64,000 nt of DNA from a virus (lineage: Duplodnaviria; Caudoviricetes). Each line of letters begins with the position of its first letter. The first letter of the stretch is position 1. The notes under the pieces are model-generated. The model made no database searches. It saw nothing but the letters and a program-made list of their open reading frames with translations, and had not been told where the DNA came from. Of the stretch, positions 1 through 12,546 are shown piece after piece. The DNA lies in IMG/VR virus record IMGVR_UViG_3300047560_000348, positions 4,136-68,135 of that record. One strand, given 5' to 3'. A program made the translations under genes and the position numbers.

Positions 1-1
1 C

Positions 2-1399
2 TGCTTCTAGCCTAAGTCTTTCTGCCTCTGCTCTTGCTGCAGCTTCTGCTGCCAATCTAGCTTGTTCTGCAGCTATAGCAGCTTGTCTAGCAGCCTCTTC
101 TGCTGCTGATTGCTGTGCAATAACAGTAGACAGATTGCTAACTGATCCACTTGCACTTTGAACTGCTGAAACTGCAATTGCTGACAAGTTAATAGCTGTT
201 GTTATTGCCTGATTGGCATCTTGGATTGCAATTTCCTGTTCAGCCTGTGCTGACACGACTGCTTCTTCTGCAATGGCAACTTCCGATGTAGCTAAAGATA
301 CCTGATCTAATGATTGATTTTCAATTTGAATTAAGCTATTTAATAATGTATTGCTGGACTGTAGTTGACTATTTGCATCTGCTAAATTTTGAACTTGTTG
401 CTGTGTAGGGCTTGAGGTAGTTGTAGAAAAAGCTGTTGCAGGAACTATTGACCAACTACCACCCTGAGTCCACATAAGATTAACATTGGCACCACCGCCA
501 TTTTCATAATAGTATAGTGTCATTGGAATTGGCTCACCAGCCTGTACATTATAGGTGATTGCTGTTCCTCCGCCACCCTTGTCATACCAGTCATTAATAA
601 CTGTTTGTCCATTTAGTTTTAGGATAACGCCATCATCTGCTGGAGCATAAAGACCAACTGTTCCAGTATATTGAGATGTAATATTACCACTAAACTTAAC
701 AATAAAGTCTTCTGCTATCAAGTTAAAAGCTGCTCCACTACCCCAGTTAAAGTTAATCTGAGTTACAGTAGTTGTATATATTGGTGATCTACCAATCTGT
801 TCTGGAAGTGGTGGGGCATTGTTGTATCCACTCATATTATAAATTTCTGCCTTAAGGCCAGAGGATAACCCTATTGTTTGATTAATAGCAGTCTGTACCG
901 ATTGAACATTTTGAATATCTGTTGCAACCACAACTTCTTGTGCATCAACGTTGGCAGATGCTTCTGCTAGGTCTGCTGTAGCATTTACTAGGTTTTCCTG
1001 GGCATTATCTAAATTCGATTCTGCCTGAGTTACTGTTGCTGTAGCACCATCTACTACAGAAATCTTAATGTTGGCTTGCTCTACAGCTGTCTCTGCAGAA
1101 TCTACTGCATTAGCAGCAACCTCGATTGCCTGTGTCGCTGTAGTAATTGCTGTAGAAATTATTTCTGTTACTGAGACTGACCCTGAGCTCTGTACCGCTG
1201 ATTCCATATTTTGAGAAACAACCACTAAGTCAGCATTAGCTGTTTGTAATTGTACAACTACTGTTGCTAGATCGCCCTCTTGAACAACGGTTACGGTAGC
1301 AGAATTTACCACTTCATCAGCTGATGCAGTAGCAAGTGGCCATAGAGTCATGACTCCAGTTAGCGTAAGTAAGGCAAATATTGCCCAAGACTTCTTCAA
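2..1399 (-). CDS. Secreted protein: signal peptide, Ala/Val/Gln-rich coiled coil, PA14 domain, second coiled coil (3'-partial, runs off the window; absent from the ORF track)
   Basis: Manual translation: AAAGGAG RBS, TTG start at 1399, MKKSWAIFALLTLTGVMTLWPLATASA|DE signal peptide; PA14-like motifs QINFNWGSG, DFIVKFSG, ADDGVILKLNGQTVINDW, YYENGGGA; frame open to the window edge. Confidence 0.8.
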   Translation of the reverse strand, partial: MKKSWAIFALLTLTGVMTLWPLATASADEVVNSATVTVVQEGDLATVVVQLQTANADLVVVSQNMESAVQSSGSVSVTEIISTAITTATQAIEVAANAVDSAETAVEQANIKISVVDGATATVTQAESNLDNAQENLVNATADLAEASANVDAQEVVVATDIQNVQSVQTAINQTIGLSSGLKAEIYNMSGYNNAPPLPEQIGRSPIYTTTVTQINFNWGSGAAFNLIAEDFIVKFSGNITSQYTGTVGLYAPADDGVILKLNGQTVINDWYDKGGGGTAITYNVQAGEPIPMTLYYYENGGGANVNLMWTQGGSWSIVPATAFSTTTSSPTQQQVQNLADANSQLQSSNTLLNSLIQIENQSLDQVSLATSEVAIAEEAVVSAQAEQEIAIQDANQAITTAINLSAIAVSAVQSASGSVSNLSTVIAQQSAAEEAARQAAIAAEQARLAAEAAARAEAERLRLEA

Positions 1400-1459
1400 A
1401 GTAGGGGTCTCCTTTGTAGGGTTAAGAAGCTTAACAATCTAATTATACACCATTTTGAC

Positions 1460-1488
1460 AAAAGAAAAGGCCCCTCCGAAGAGGGGCC
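1460..1488 (-). terminator. Rho-independent terminator after nrdF
   Basis: Minus strand GGCCCCTC-TTCG-GAGGGGCC followed by TTTTCTTTT. Confidence 0.9.
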
Positions 1489-1501
1489 AAATCAGATAAC
1501 T

Positions 1502-4582
<3,081 letters not shown>

Positions 4583-4590
<8 letters not shown>

Positions 4591-4984
4591 TTATCTCATC
4601 CAACCTATTCGTTACTCGTTGTACATCTTCTGATGTACCAAAGATTTCTACCTTTGCAATGACTGGTACTCCAGTCTTTTGAGATATCATTTCTGCTGCT
4701 TTACAGAAATGTTCTCCAAAATTTGTGTTACCAAGACCTATTATACCAACTAATTTTGATCTGTTCTCTGGTATGTTTAAAAATTTTCTAACTGATTTAG
4801 GGATTGCTGTCTTATCACTTCCACCACCGTATGTTGGAACAAATAATACATATTTAAAATCAATAATCATTGGGTTGTTATCATCCCACATTATGGGAAT
4901 CCTTGTTGCGTTATCTGTTATCTTTTCTACAAACTTTTTAGTATTTCCAGAATGGTTAGAGAAATACACAATACCCACAGACAT
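4583..4984 (-). CDS. nrdI: NrdI flavodoxin-like protein
   Basis: [30 protein letters not shown]; immediately upstream of nrdE. Confidence 0.95.
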
Positions 4985-5014
4985 CTACTTTACTCCTGAT
5001 TATTAGACAAGTAA

Positions 5015-5038
5015 GGGGAGAGATTTTACTCTCTCCCC
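5015..5038 (-). terminator. Stem-loop between the secreted-protein gene and nrdI (weak terminator or RNA-stabilising hairpin)
   Basis: Minus strand GGGGAGAGA-GTAAAA-TCTCTCCCC; weak U tract (TTACTTGT). Confidence 0.55.
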
Positions 5039-5057
5039 CTACAAGTCATTGCTTTAA

Positions 5058-6056
5058 TTACTTAAGTGTTGCAACCTTAGCCTTTGGGAACTTCTTGTTC
5101 CACTTTGCAGCAAGTGCATTGTACTTTGCCTTTGCAGACGCAGTGTTCTTAGCTTCAGCGATAGCCTTTGCCTTCTCAAGCTCAAGCTCTGCCTTTACCT
5201 TTGCAAGTTCTGCCTTAGTTGCATCGTGTGCAACCTTCTCTGCAGCAAGTTCTGCAGTCTTAGCAGTTACTTCTGATGCAAGGTCACGAACTGTAACATC
5301 AGCAATACGAACCGCAACAGGTGTTGCTAGTCCAGTTACAGCAGATGCTACAGTTGCAGTTGCAAGCAGACGAACAGTTCCTGAAGCAGGAAGTGTAATG
5401 TCCTTGGTCTTTGTGCCAAGAGTTGCAGTTGCAGTGTCTGTAGTTAGAGCGAATGTCTCGTTTGTAGTTGCTGTAGTAACCTGAAGGTTAATGGTTGCAC
5501 CACCCTTAGCATTACCAAATACATCCACACCACGAACGGTTGCAGTGTATACAGTACCAGCAGCACCAGTTGCAGATCCAGCAAGTTCAATTGCGTTCAA
5601 TGCACCAGCAGTACCCTGGAAGTAGTAAGTAGTTGTGTTTCCACCAACAGTTACTGCAACAGAACCAACTGCTGTAGTAGTAGTGAATACATAAAGGTCA
5701 GCAGATGTACCTGTACCAGTTGAAACAGATACAGATGATGTGCCTGCAGCAGCAGTTACTGGAGAACCAGAAGCAGCAAGTGCAGTAACGATCTTACCGT
5801 TAGTTGCGACAGCAGAAACAGTAGTTCCAGTGTCAAGGCCTGTTAGGGCAATCTTTAGTGCGTCTGCAGCATCTACAGAGTTATCTGCAGGAACTGGTAG
5901 AGCGACTGGTGCTGAAATAGCAGTACCGCCAGTAGCAGCTGAACCGCCAACTGTTAGAGCAGTAGATACTGCAGCACTTGCAGGTGTTGCGATTACTGAT
6001 GTTGCAAGGGCAGTGGCTGCAACCAATGCGAATGCGATCTTCTTAATTGAAGTCAT
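5058..6056 (-). CDS. Secreted Ala/Thr-rich beta-sandwich (Ig-like) surface protein with a C-terminal coiled coil and basic tail
   Basis: Signal peptide MTSIKKIAFALVAATALATSVIATPASA; Thr/Ala/Val-rich strands including a DVFGN motif; heptad C-terminus ending KYNALAAKWNKKFPKAKVATLK. Confidence 0.7.
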   Translation of the reverse strand: MTSIKKIAFALVAATALATSVIATPASAAVSTALTVGGSAATGGTAISAPVALPVPADNSVDAADALKIALTGLDTGTTVSAVATNGKIVTALAASGSPVTAAAGTSSVSVSTGTGTSADLYVFTTTTAVGSVAVTVGGNTTTYYFQGTAGALNAIELAGSATGAAGTVYTATVRGVDVFGNAKGGATINLQVTTATTNETFALTTDTATATLGTKTKDITLPASGTVRLLATATVASAVTGLATPVAVRIADVTVRDLASEVTAKTAELAAEKVAHDATKAELAKVKAELELEKAKAIAEAKNTASAKAKYNALAAKWNKKFPKAKVATLK

Positions 6057-6076
6057 ATATATATTTCCTTTTCTTG

Positions 6077-7855
6077 TTATATTAGTTTTAATCTATCCAA
6101 GTAGTCTTTAACTTCTTTTGGCATAGGTTTATATTGTATCACACTATCTTTTGCCTTGTCAAGTTCCGACTTGGGTCTATCTCTGAATGTATGGATCTCT
6201 ACCTCAAGGTTAAGGTCCCTTGGGGTGTGACTTATAGCACCAAAAACAGAACCACACACAGCGTCAGCCAAGTCCTTTGAGAGTTTACGTGGGTGGTCTA
6301 CATTCTTTCCATTTTTGGTAATTTTTAGTTCTGTTAGTTCTTCGAACAAAAGTTCGATTGCTGGCATTGCGAGTCTATCTTCATAAATAAGCATAGCCAT
6401 ATCTTCGTAGTGTTTCTTACCCACAGAAACGGTGTCGGTTCTCATACCCACTTCTGCAAGCTCTTTCTGAATATCAAATGACTGCCAGCGGTCAAATGAT
6501 ACCAAACCTATATTAAATCCAAGTCTTCTTAAATTTTGAATCCATTGCTTTACTTCTGACAGGTCAACAGGGCCTTCTGTCTTTGGTTCCCACCAAGCAA
6601 CGGCATCAACAATAACTACTGGAGAAATTTGTTGATAATCTTTAATTACCTGAACATTAACCCATTTATCAACATGGGCAATTGCGACTGCACACTTGTC
6701 ATGTCTCTGTGCAAGGTCAGCATGAACATAGTATATCTTATCTGGGTCAGGAGTAAAAGATGGTTCAAATCTTCTAAACTGATCCAGAGGATTTCTAATG
6801 CTCATAGATGACCTTACCTTGTCACGCTGTCTGAAGAATGTATCAGTCATATATGTTGGAATACATGCAAAACGCTGCATCGCATCTCCCATATCTGTAA
6901 AGAATGCAAGCTTAAAGTCATCAATCTTTCTAGTTGGATTAACTACCCAAGTTGGTCTCTTTAGAGCAAATACATTAGGATACTTATAGCTAACAATTTC
7001 ATCTTCATCCCACTCAATTTCTAGACTATTACCCTCTGCATCCTCTGGAATATCTGGGTTAAGAATAAACTTATGAGTCTTGTGTATAACTTCTTTTTCA
7101 GCAATTACTCCATCATAGTGTGTGGAGATAAAGTCTCCTGGAAAACGTGGGAAGGATAGCAGTGCTACCTTTCCTAAGTCTGGGAAGCGAGAGTCTACTG
7201 ATGCACGGAACGCTTTATAGATGTTGTCCGCTGTTTTACCTTGATCATTTCCAGTTGCAATCTCAGTAGCGAAACCAGAAATCTCGTCAAGCACCGCAAG
7301 GATAAGGTTGAGCCCTTCGTGAGATTCTCTTTCTGAATGTCCTGAATATACTGTAATTGATTCATCAAACTCAATAGATTCTGCTTTTGCGTTGAACTTG
7401 CCAATAAACCAGGGAGATTTTTCAATCTTGGTCTTAAAGCCTTTAAAGAATACGTTCTTCGCCTGCTGAGCGTTGATCGCAACGTTAATGATATCAATGG
7501 CATCCCCAGGAGGTTTACCAAAATAACGAGCAGGCTCTTTAAGGCATAGAAGTTTATACACAATGTAAGCACATGCAACTGTCGAAGTGAAGTCTTTACC
7601 AGACCCCTTACCAAGCTGAAGGATGACTTCATTCTTGGTGTATTTCTTATAGTATCTTGTTCCATCTGTTTCTCCCATTAAATCAATGAGGTCCTCTAGT
7701 TTATAGATTTGACTCATTGCCTCGACAATGTCATACTGAACATCTGACAGTCTAGGCTGGTTTAGGTAATCTTCCCCCTCAACAAATGTACGTGCATCTA
7801 CGGGAGTTTCCCTAAAATTATCAGACTTAAGTGCATCTAAAAAATCATCGAACAT
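6077..7855 (-). CDS. terL: Terminase large subunit
   Basis: Walker A GKGSGKD, Walker B LAVLDE, nuclease motifs HADLAQRHD, FDRWQS and VDHP..SKDLADA. Confidence 0.9.
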   Translation of the reverse strand: MFDDFLDALKSDNFRETPVDARTFVEGEDYLNQPRLSDVQYDIVEAMSQIYKLEDLIDLMGETDGTRYYKKYTKNEVILQLGKGSGKDFTSTVACAYIVYKLLCLKEPARYFGKPPGDAIDIINVAINAQQAKNVFFKGFKTKIEKSPWFIGKFNAKAESIEFDESITVYSGHSERESHEGLNLILAVLDEISGFATEIATGNDQGKTADNIYKAFRASVDSRFPDLGKVALLSFPRFPGDFISTHYDGVIAEKEVIHKTHKFILNPDIPEDAEGNSLEIEWDEDEIVSYKYPNVFALKRPTWVVNPTRKIDDFKLAFFTDMGDAMQRFACIPTYMTDTFFRQRDKVRSSMSIRNPLDQFRRFEPSFTPDPDKIYYVHADLAQRHDKCAVAIAHVDKWVNVQVIKDYQQISPVVIVDAVAWWEPKTEGPVDLSEVKQWIQNLRRLGFNIGLVSFDRWQSFDIQKELAEVGMRTDTVSVGKKHYEDMAMLIYEDRLAMPAIELLFEELTELKITKNGKNVDHPRKLSKDLADAVCGSVFGAISHTPRDLNLEVEIHTFRDRPKSELDKAKDSVIQYKPMPKEVKDYLDRLKLI

Positions 7856-8381
7856 CGTTATTCACTATCGTAATTGTTTCTGACGAATTCTTGCTAATTC
7901 TAGAAAGTCTACGCATAATTTCATCACGGATTTCTGGATATTCAGACGCAATGTCTTTTAGGATTTGGATAAGTGCTTCTTGTCTCTCCTCGATGGCAAT
8001 CATCTCTTCTGCAAGCTCTTTATTTTCTAATAGTCCTGCTTTTTGTAGCATATCAATACGTGTCTTCTCAAGGTCCATAACAAGCTTAATACCCTGAGTC
8101 TTTGCAGCCAGGTTTGCTGTTGTCGTTGCCTCATCAATTACTTCGTAGGCTTTTGAGATTAGCTTGCTATAGTGGGTGTCAGCACCAACCAAAGCCTCTT
8201 TAGCACGTGCACGGATAGCAGCATTGTCTGCAGCCATCTGTCGCCACTCACTAATGTATGCCACAACTGTCTGCCTTGGCATAGCAAGTTCTTTAGAAAT
8301 CTGTGTTGGATCGCTACCAGCAAGGTATTTTTCTACTACCTTGTTTACACTATCCAAATGCTCAATTAGTTTATCTTCCAT
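7845..8381 (-). CDS. Putative terminase small subunit / HTH protein (likely start MEDKL at 8381)
   Basis: N-terminal HTH-like segment (PTQISKELAMPRQTVVAYISEW) plus coiled coil; overlaps the terL start. Confidence 0.6.
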   Translation of the reverse strand: MEDKLIEHLDSVNKVVEKYLAGSDPTQISKELAMPRQTVVAYISEWRQMAADNAAIRARAKEALVGADTHYSKLISKAYEVIDEATTTANLAAKTQGIKLVMDLEKTRIDMLQKAGLLENKELAEEMIAIEERQEALIQILKDIASEYPEIRDEIMRRLSRISKNSSETITIVNNDVR

Positions 8382-9117
8382 ACTTAAAAGCACTCTCCAT
8401 TCGCTCTTTAATTTTAGCAATAGCTTCTGGTGATTGCAACTGCTCTTCTGTTGGTGCAAATAATGCTCTTGTGGTTAATCCAGAAACATTCTCTACTGGT
8501 ACATAATAAAATAATGCTAGGCTTTCTCTGTTTACCCCAGCTGGAGCATGACATGCATCATCTGCAGGTAGGCCATGCCAAAAGTTTTGATCTGTCTCAA
8601 ATACCACAGCACGATTAAATACTGGGTCTACATCAAAAATCTTTTCTTTTGGCTGACCGTTCTCATCATCCCAAAACTCTAACTGGCCACCATACTCTGG
8701 TTTCCAATCTGGATTAGTATAAACAATAATGTTTAGCTTACGTCTTAGCCCTAGCTTTGGGTGTAGGTCAGCATCCTTGTGTAGGTTTAGCCTTCCATTG
8801 TGTGCGTGTAAATGCATACCACCTGCATGCAAGCCATAATCTGCAATTAGGCCATTGATTCCAGTCATGCCCTCAAGTTGATCTACGAAGTCTTGAGACG
8901 ACAGATGAAACATAGCACGATAAATGCTTCCTGGATACCAGTCCCAGTGTGTGGACAATCTTTTTTGTTCAAACTCAGTGTGGTTACGAGTCAGCCATCT
9001 TTCATCATCGAAGTCATAAAAGTCTTCATTGATTGCCGTAATAGTGGCATCATCAAAGAAGTCATCAATAATCCAAACATTAGTTGGATACGACTTGTGC
9101 TGTATTCTTTCGTACAC
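8371..9117 (-). CDS. 2OG-Fe(II) oxygenase (prolyl-hydroxylase-like)
   Basis: LNLHKD (HxD), RKLNIIVY, YGGQLEFW, FNRAVVF, WHG, RESLALFYY. Confidence 0.85.
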   Translation of the reverse strand: MYERIQHKSYPTNVWIIDDFFDDATITAINEDFYDFDDERWLTRNHTEFEQKRLSTHWDWYPGSIYRAMFHLSSQDFVDQLEGMTGINGLIADYGLHAGGMHLHAHNGRLNLHKDADLHPKLGLRRKLNIIVYTNPDWKPEYGGQLEFWDDENGQPKEKIFDVDPVFNRAVVFETDQNFWHGLPADDACHAPAGVNRESLALFYYVPVENVSGLTTRALFAPTEEQLQSPEAIAKIKERMESAFKYGR

Positions 9118-9388
9118 CTCGTTTGCCCTTCTGTGGAATTCTCTTTACCCTGCCCATATCAAATGACCTATATGAATGAGACATACCTCGATGGATTTCG
9201 AAGCAGTCTACCCATTTTGAGCCAGTCTCCTTGTTGGTAACAATAGCATCAAATTTAAACTTGAGGCCATATTCTCCACTAATCTTAATTATATCACCAC
9301 GGTTAATCTCAAACCCATTAACCTCCATTGAGAACTCTCTAGAAAATTTAGTCTCTAGTGGTTCTACAAAAGCTTTCTTACGTGCCAA
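9080..9388 (-). CDS. Hypothetical protein (small, basic, beta-rich)
   Basis: 102-aa ORF with TTG start abutting the upstream stop; no motif recognised. Confidence 0.6.
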   Translation of the reverse strand: MARKKAFVEPLETKFSREFSMEVNGFEINRGDIIKISGEYGLKFKFDAIVTNKETGSKWVDCFEIHRGMSHSYRSFDMGRVKRIPQKGKRGVRKNTAQVVSN

Positions 9389-9625
9389 CTAAAACTCACC
9401 CTTAATACGCTTAATTTCGTCCTGAATGTAGAAGATTGCTTTCTCAAGATCTTCGATGTGCTTCTCTTCACTCTTAATACCAGCTCGCCAAATATATTTC
9501 ATGGCATTTCCTAGATTGAAATTCATATGCCTTGTTATTTGTAAGGCTTCGATACCGCTTGGGTGGCTGGTATAGTGCGTTGGATGATTTACTTGATCTA
9601 CTGTGATCTTTAACTTATTACTCAT
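9389..9625 (-). CDS. DUF3310 (SaV-like) family protein
   Basis: DQVNHPTHY, FNLGNAMKYIWRAG.K, EDLEKAIFY signature. Confidence 0.85.
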   Translation of the reverse strand: MSNKLKITVDQVNHPTHYTSHPSGIEALQITRHMNFNLGNAMKYIWRAGIKSEEKHIEDLEKAIFYIQDEIKRIKGEF

Positions 9626-9774
9626 CGCTTACTCTTTCTTAGTCCAAATTTAGCTAAATAAACATAAATAGTTTCCATACTAACACCGCATTCTTTAGCA
9701 ATGTCCTCTGGTGATTTTCTGTCTACGAGAAATCTCTTTCTCAACCACGTCTCATTAGTATACAGCTTTGCCAT
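9622..9774 (-). CDS. 50-aa HTH DNA-binding protein (absent from the ORF track)
   Basis: Manual translation MAKLYTNETWLRKRFLVDRKSPEDIAKECGVSMETIYVYLAKFGLRKSKR; TAATG and ATGA overlaps with both neighbours. Confidence 0.8.
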   Translation of the reverse strand: MAKLYTNETWLRKRFLVDRKSPEDIAKECGVSMETIYVYLAKFGLRKSKR

Positions 9775-10352
9775 TAGTTTGTCAACCTGTCCCAGTTATT
9801 TATAGCATAATGCCCAATGCCAATAGCGTCAGCAACGTCAGGATCGTTGACCACCCTATCATATTGAATATTAATATAATTAATAGTCTTTTCTTTTCTG
9901 AGATTTCTCTCATGTGTCTTATACCATGACTCAGACTTGCCAGGATATTCTTTACGTACTTCAAGTTTTTCTTCCTTAGTCAACTTCTTATTGCCAATAT
10001 AATTCTGCCATGTAATTGGGGCTACCGACTTTATTATAGATACCCCAGAAAGACCTGCAGCACCCAGCAGTGCACCCTGTACAAGTGCTAGGTCTGCAGC
10101 AGTCTTTGGACTATTCATAAATACAGTATGCTCAATGACAATTGCATCTATAGACTGATAGACATCTAGGAATCCCTTAGTCTTTTTGCAGGCATCAATG
10201 ACTTTATCGTAAGTTGTTATTCCTGTGTATTTTATTTTTCCAAAAGAAACTAATTCTTTTGAGTCAAATAAAGAGAATGCTAAGCTAGATGTACTAGCAT
10301 CAATTGCCAGGATTCTCTTCGGTTTCCCAATTAATGATGCTAGATTTCCCAT
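9774..10352 (-). CDS. RuvC-like Holliday junction resolvase
   Basis: ILAIDAST, IVIEH and DVADAIGIG catalytic pattern. Confidence 0.8.
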   Translation of the reverse strand: MGNLASLIGKPKRILAIDASTSSLAFSLFDSKELVSFGKIKYTGITTYDKVIDACKKTKGFLDVYQSIDAIVIEHTVFMNSPKTAADLALVQGALLGAAGLSGVSIIKSVAPITWQNYIGNKKLTKEEKLEVRKEYPGKSESWYKTHERNLRKEKTINYINIQYDRVVNDPDVADAIGIGHYAINNWDRLTN

Positions 10353-10623
10353 TAACTATTCCTTTTATTTGTCTTAAAACTTTATTAACTTCTTTTGGAT
10401 CTACGATACAAGATTCACAAACTTTTTCATCATTATATATTGACAATATAGAGTTGCAAATTTTACACTTGCGATCTCTATTTTTGCGTCTTTCTCTGCG
10501 TGTCTGTTCATACCTAGCTGCAATCTTTTCTTTAGTTGCTGCGTCTCTGCAGGCTACAGAACAATATATCTGATAAGAAGTTTTAGGTTTAAACTGTGTG
10601 TCACACCATTGGCAATGTTTCAT
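10300..10623 (-). CDS. Cys-rich zinc-finger protein (likely start MKHCQWC at 10623)
   Basis: CQWC, YCSVAC, CKIC, CESC. Confidence 0.7.
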   Translation of the reverse strand: MKHCQWCDTQFKPKTSYQIYCSVACRDAATKEKIAARYEQTRRERRKNRDRKCKICNSILSIYNDEKVCESCIVDPKEVNKVLRQIKGIVNGKSSIINWETEENPGN

Positions 10624-11434
10624 CGATTGGCTCCAAGGACTTAATCTTAATATCTCCCTTGCCAACCTCTGCACATGTAGCCTTTAGAGGACATGTCTTA
10701 CAGATTTTTGAATTAGATCGATAGTTCTTTTCAGGCATTGTTCTATCTGCCCATGCCTTACGAACTGTTCGCATCCAATCAAATGCGTTGTTTACCCACG
10801 ATACATAATAGCTGCCTGGTTTTACTTCAATAGGAAATAGAATCAGGTCATGGTTATTCTTATTCTCATATATAAGAACTCCCCTAGACTTGCCAAGAAT
10901 CTTCATATAGATAAGAATCTGTACAAGGTGGCCAGTCTTAGGCTTACCTGCAGTCTTTCTATACTCAAATCCCTCATTTGGCATTGTCTTAATTTCACCA
11001 ACAAGTTCTTCATCGTTCCAAAGTACCATCGCATCACCATATCCAAAAATAGGTGGGTCCTGGCTGGTGATCTTGAACTCAGTTGTCTCATTGCCATTAT
11101 CGTCTACAAACTTCTTGGCAATACCAGATTTCATCATGGCACTCTGGATTCTATCATGAGATAGAGTTCCAGCTGTCATGTTTGCTACACCATATGGGTC
11201 AGCAAAGTCTTCGAAGTTACCTCCATCAAATGCCAAGTACCAATAGCGTGGACACTCTCCATGAGAATACGCAATAGTGCTTGGTGCAAAGGTCTTCTTC
11301 TTTTGATACTTAGTTTCTCTACCAACAAGATACCCAGAATTTAGCTTCTGAATAAATTGCTCGTGATTAATAAAAGTATTGTCTTTGTCAGTTAATTTTC
11401 TTTCCATTACCTGACTCAATAAATTTTTAGCCAT
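10601..11434 (-). CDS. Cas4-like PD-(D/E)xK exonuclease
   Basis: CPRYWY, GTLSH, GYGD, GEIKT, QILIYM and C-terminal CKTCPLKATC (four-Cys Fe-S pattern). Confidence 0.85.
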   Translation of the reverse strand: MAKNLLSQVMERKLTDKDNTFINHEQFIQKLNSGYLVGRETKYQKKKTFAPSTIAYSHGECPRYWYLAFDGGNFEDFADPYGVANMTAGTLSHDRIQSAMMKSGIAKKFVDDNGNETTEFKITSQDPPIFGYGDAMVLWNDEELVGEIKTMPNEGFEYRKTAGKPKTGHLVQILIYMKILGKSRGVLIYENKNNHDLILFPIEVKPGSYYVSWVNNAFDWMRTVRKAWADRTMPEKNYRSNSKICKTCPLKATCAEVGKGDIKIKSLEPIDETLPMV

Positions 11435-11441
11435 AATACCA

Positions 11442-11744
11442 CTAGCGAGTTATGTACTTTAGAGCAGCAACCAAATTATTGATTGATTCTGCAGCAGTAA
11501 AGTACAAGTTTTTCTTCGCTCTATCTCCCTTATCTACGTTAGCCATCCAGGTTGCTTTAAAAGACATTTTAGCAGCAATTGCCTGTAGGCGTACGATCTC
11601 AATTGTTGCGACATTCAGAGGAATGTCTGGTTTAACTATTAATTTTGCAATAAATGTAAGTGCTGTAGTTAGCTCTTCATCTTGCATATAATCAGCAATG
11701 TCCGCTAGGCCATTGATCATGTCTAGTGTTGTTTCATTACTCAT
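11442..11744 (-). CDS. Hypothetical helical protein
   Basis: 100-aa ORF in operon context. Confidence 0.65.
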   Translation of the reverse strand: MSNETTLDMINGLADIADYMQDEELTTALTFIAKLIVKPDIPLNVATIEIVRLQAIAAKMSFKATWMANVDKGDRAKKNLYFTAAESINNLVAALKYITR

Positions 11745-12546
11745 TCACAAAGCCTGCAATCTCATTTTGTGGAATGCCAGCCTCAAGTCCCATAGCGTTA
11801 TAGATATCCCATGCTGCAATCATCTTTGGATGTGCAGCGACTTCTTTTCCATAAGCCTCTCTGCCCTCGAAATTCAGTTGTCCATCAATAGGATTGTCCA
11901 TGCCAGTCCATCTATAGTTTGTTACTGGACAGTAATCAAAGCTTACAATCTCGCAGAACTCTCCATCTTTCCACTTACGCTTTGGTCTCCAGTGAACCTG
12001 ATTAACAGCACTAAAGATAATGGCATCGCCCTTCTTAAGGTTATACTCTTTATCGTCTACCCACAAAGTCCAGTCTTCGATGTTCTGGTCAAGGCAGTAG
12101 TTAAATGTTACCAGATTCTCGTCTGCATCCAGATGTGGTGGAAGTGATGGTGCATTCTTTCCATCACCATACTTCATGTTATAGTCGATATAGTTAAAGT
12201 GTGTCAACCTAATTGGGTCCTGGTGCAAAGGCTTTGCATATGTATCCATCGTTTGCTCAATTGATGGTGGACATAGGAACTCGATCAGGAGTCTGGACAT
12301 GTGAATAATCTTTTTTGGATGAAAGCGTGACTGTCCGTAATACTGTTCCTGAGAACCTGGCATTGCATAGTATGAGTTATCATACATTAGCTGCCTGTTC
12401 TTTTCAATTACATTACGTAATTCTGCCACCTGATCATCTGAGAATGGCTTCTCAATATAGATTGGTAGTGCTTTGTTATATTTATCAAAATCCGTTAGCC
12501 ATTTATGCATGGGTGCTGGATTGTATGGTCTTTGGTTATTAATCAT
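11737..12546 (-). CDS. Putative 2OG-Fe(II) oxygenase
   Basis: LPPHLD (HxD), WTLWVD, LKKGDAIIF, QVHWRP. Confidence 0.75.
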   Translation of the reverse strand: MINNQRPYNPAPMHKWLTDFDKYNKALPIYIEKPFSDDQVAELRNVIEKNRQLMYDNSYYAMPGSQEQYYGQSRFHPKKIIHMSRLLIEFLCPPSIEQTMDTYAKPLHQDPIRLTHFNYIDYNMKYGDGKNAPSLPPHLDADENLVTFNYCLDQNIEDWTLWVDDKEYNLKKGDAIIFSAVNQVHWRPKRKWKDGEFCEIVSFDYCPVTNYRWTGMDNPIDGQLNFEGREAYGKEVAAHPKMIAAWDIYNAMGLEAGIPQNEIAGFVNE

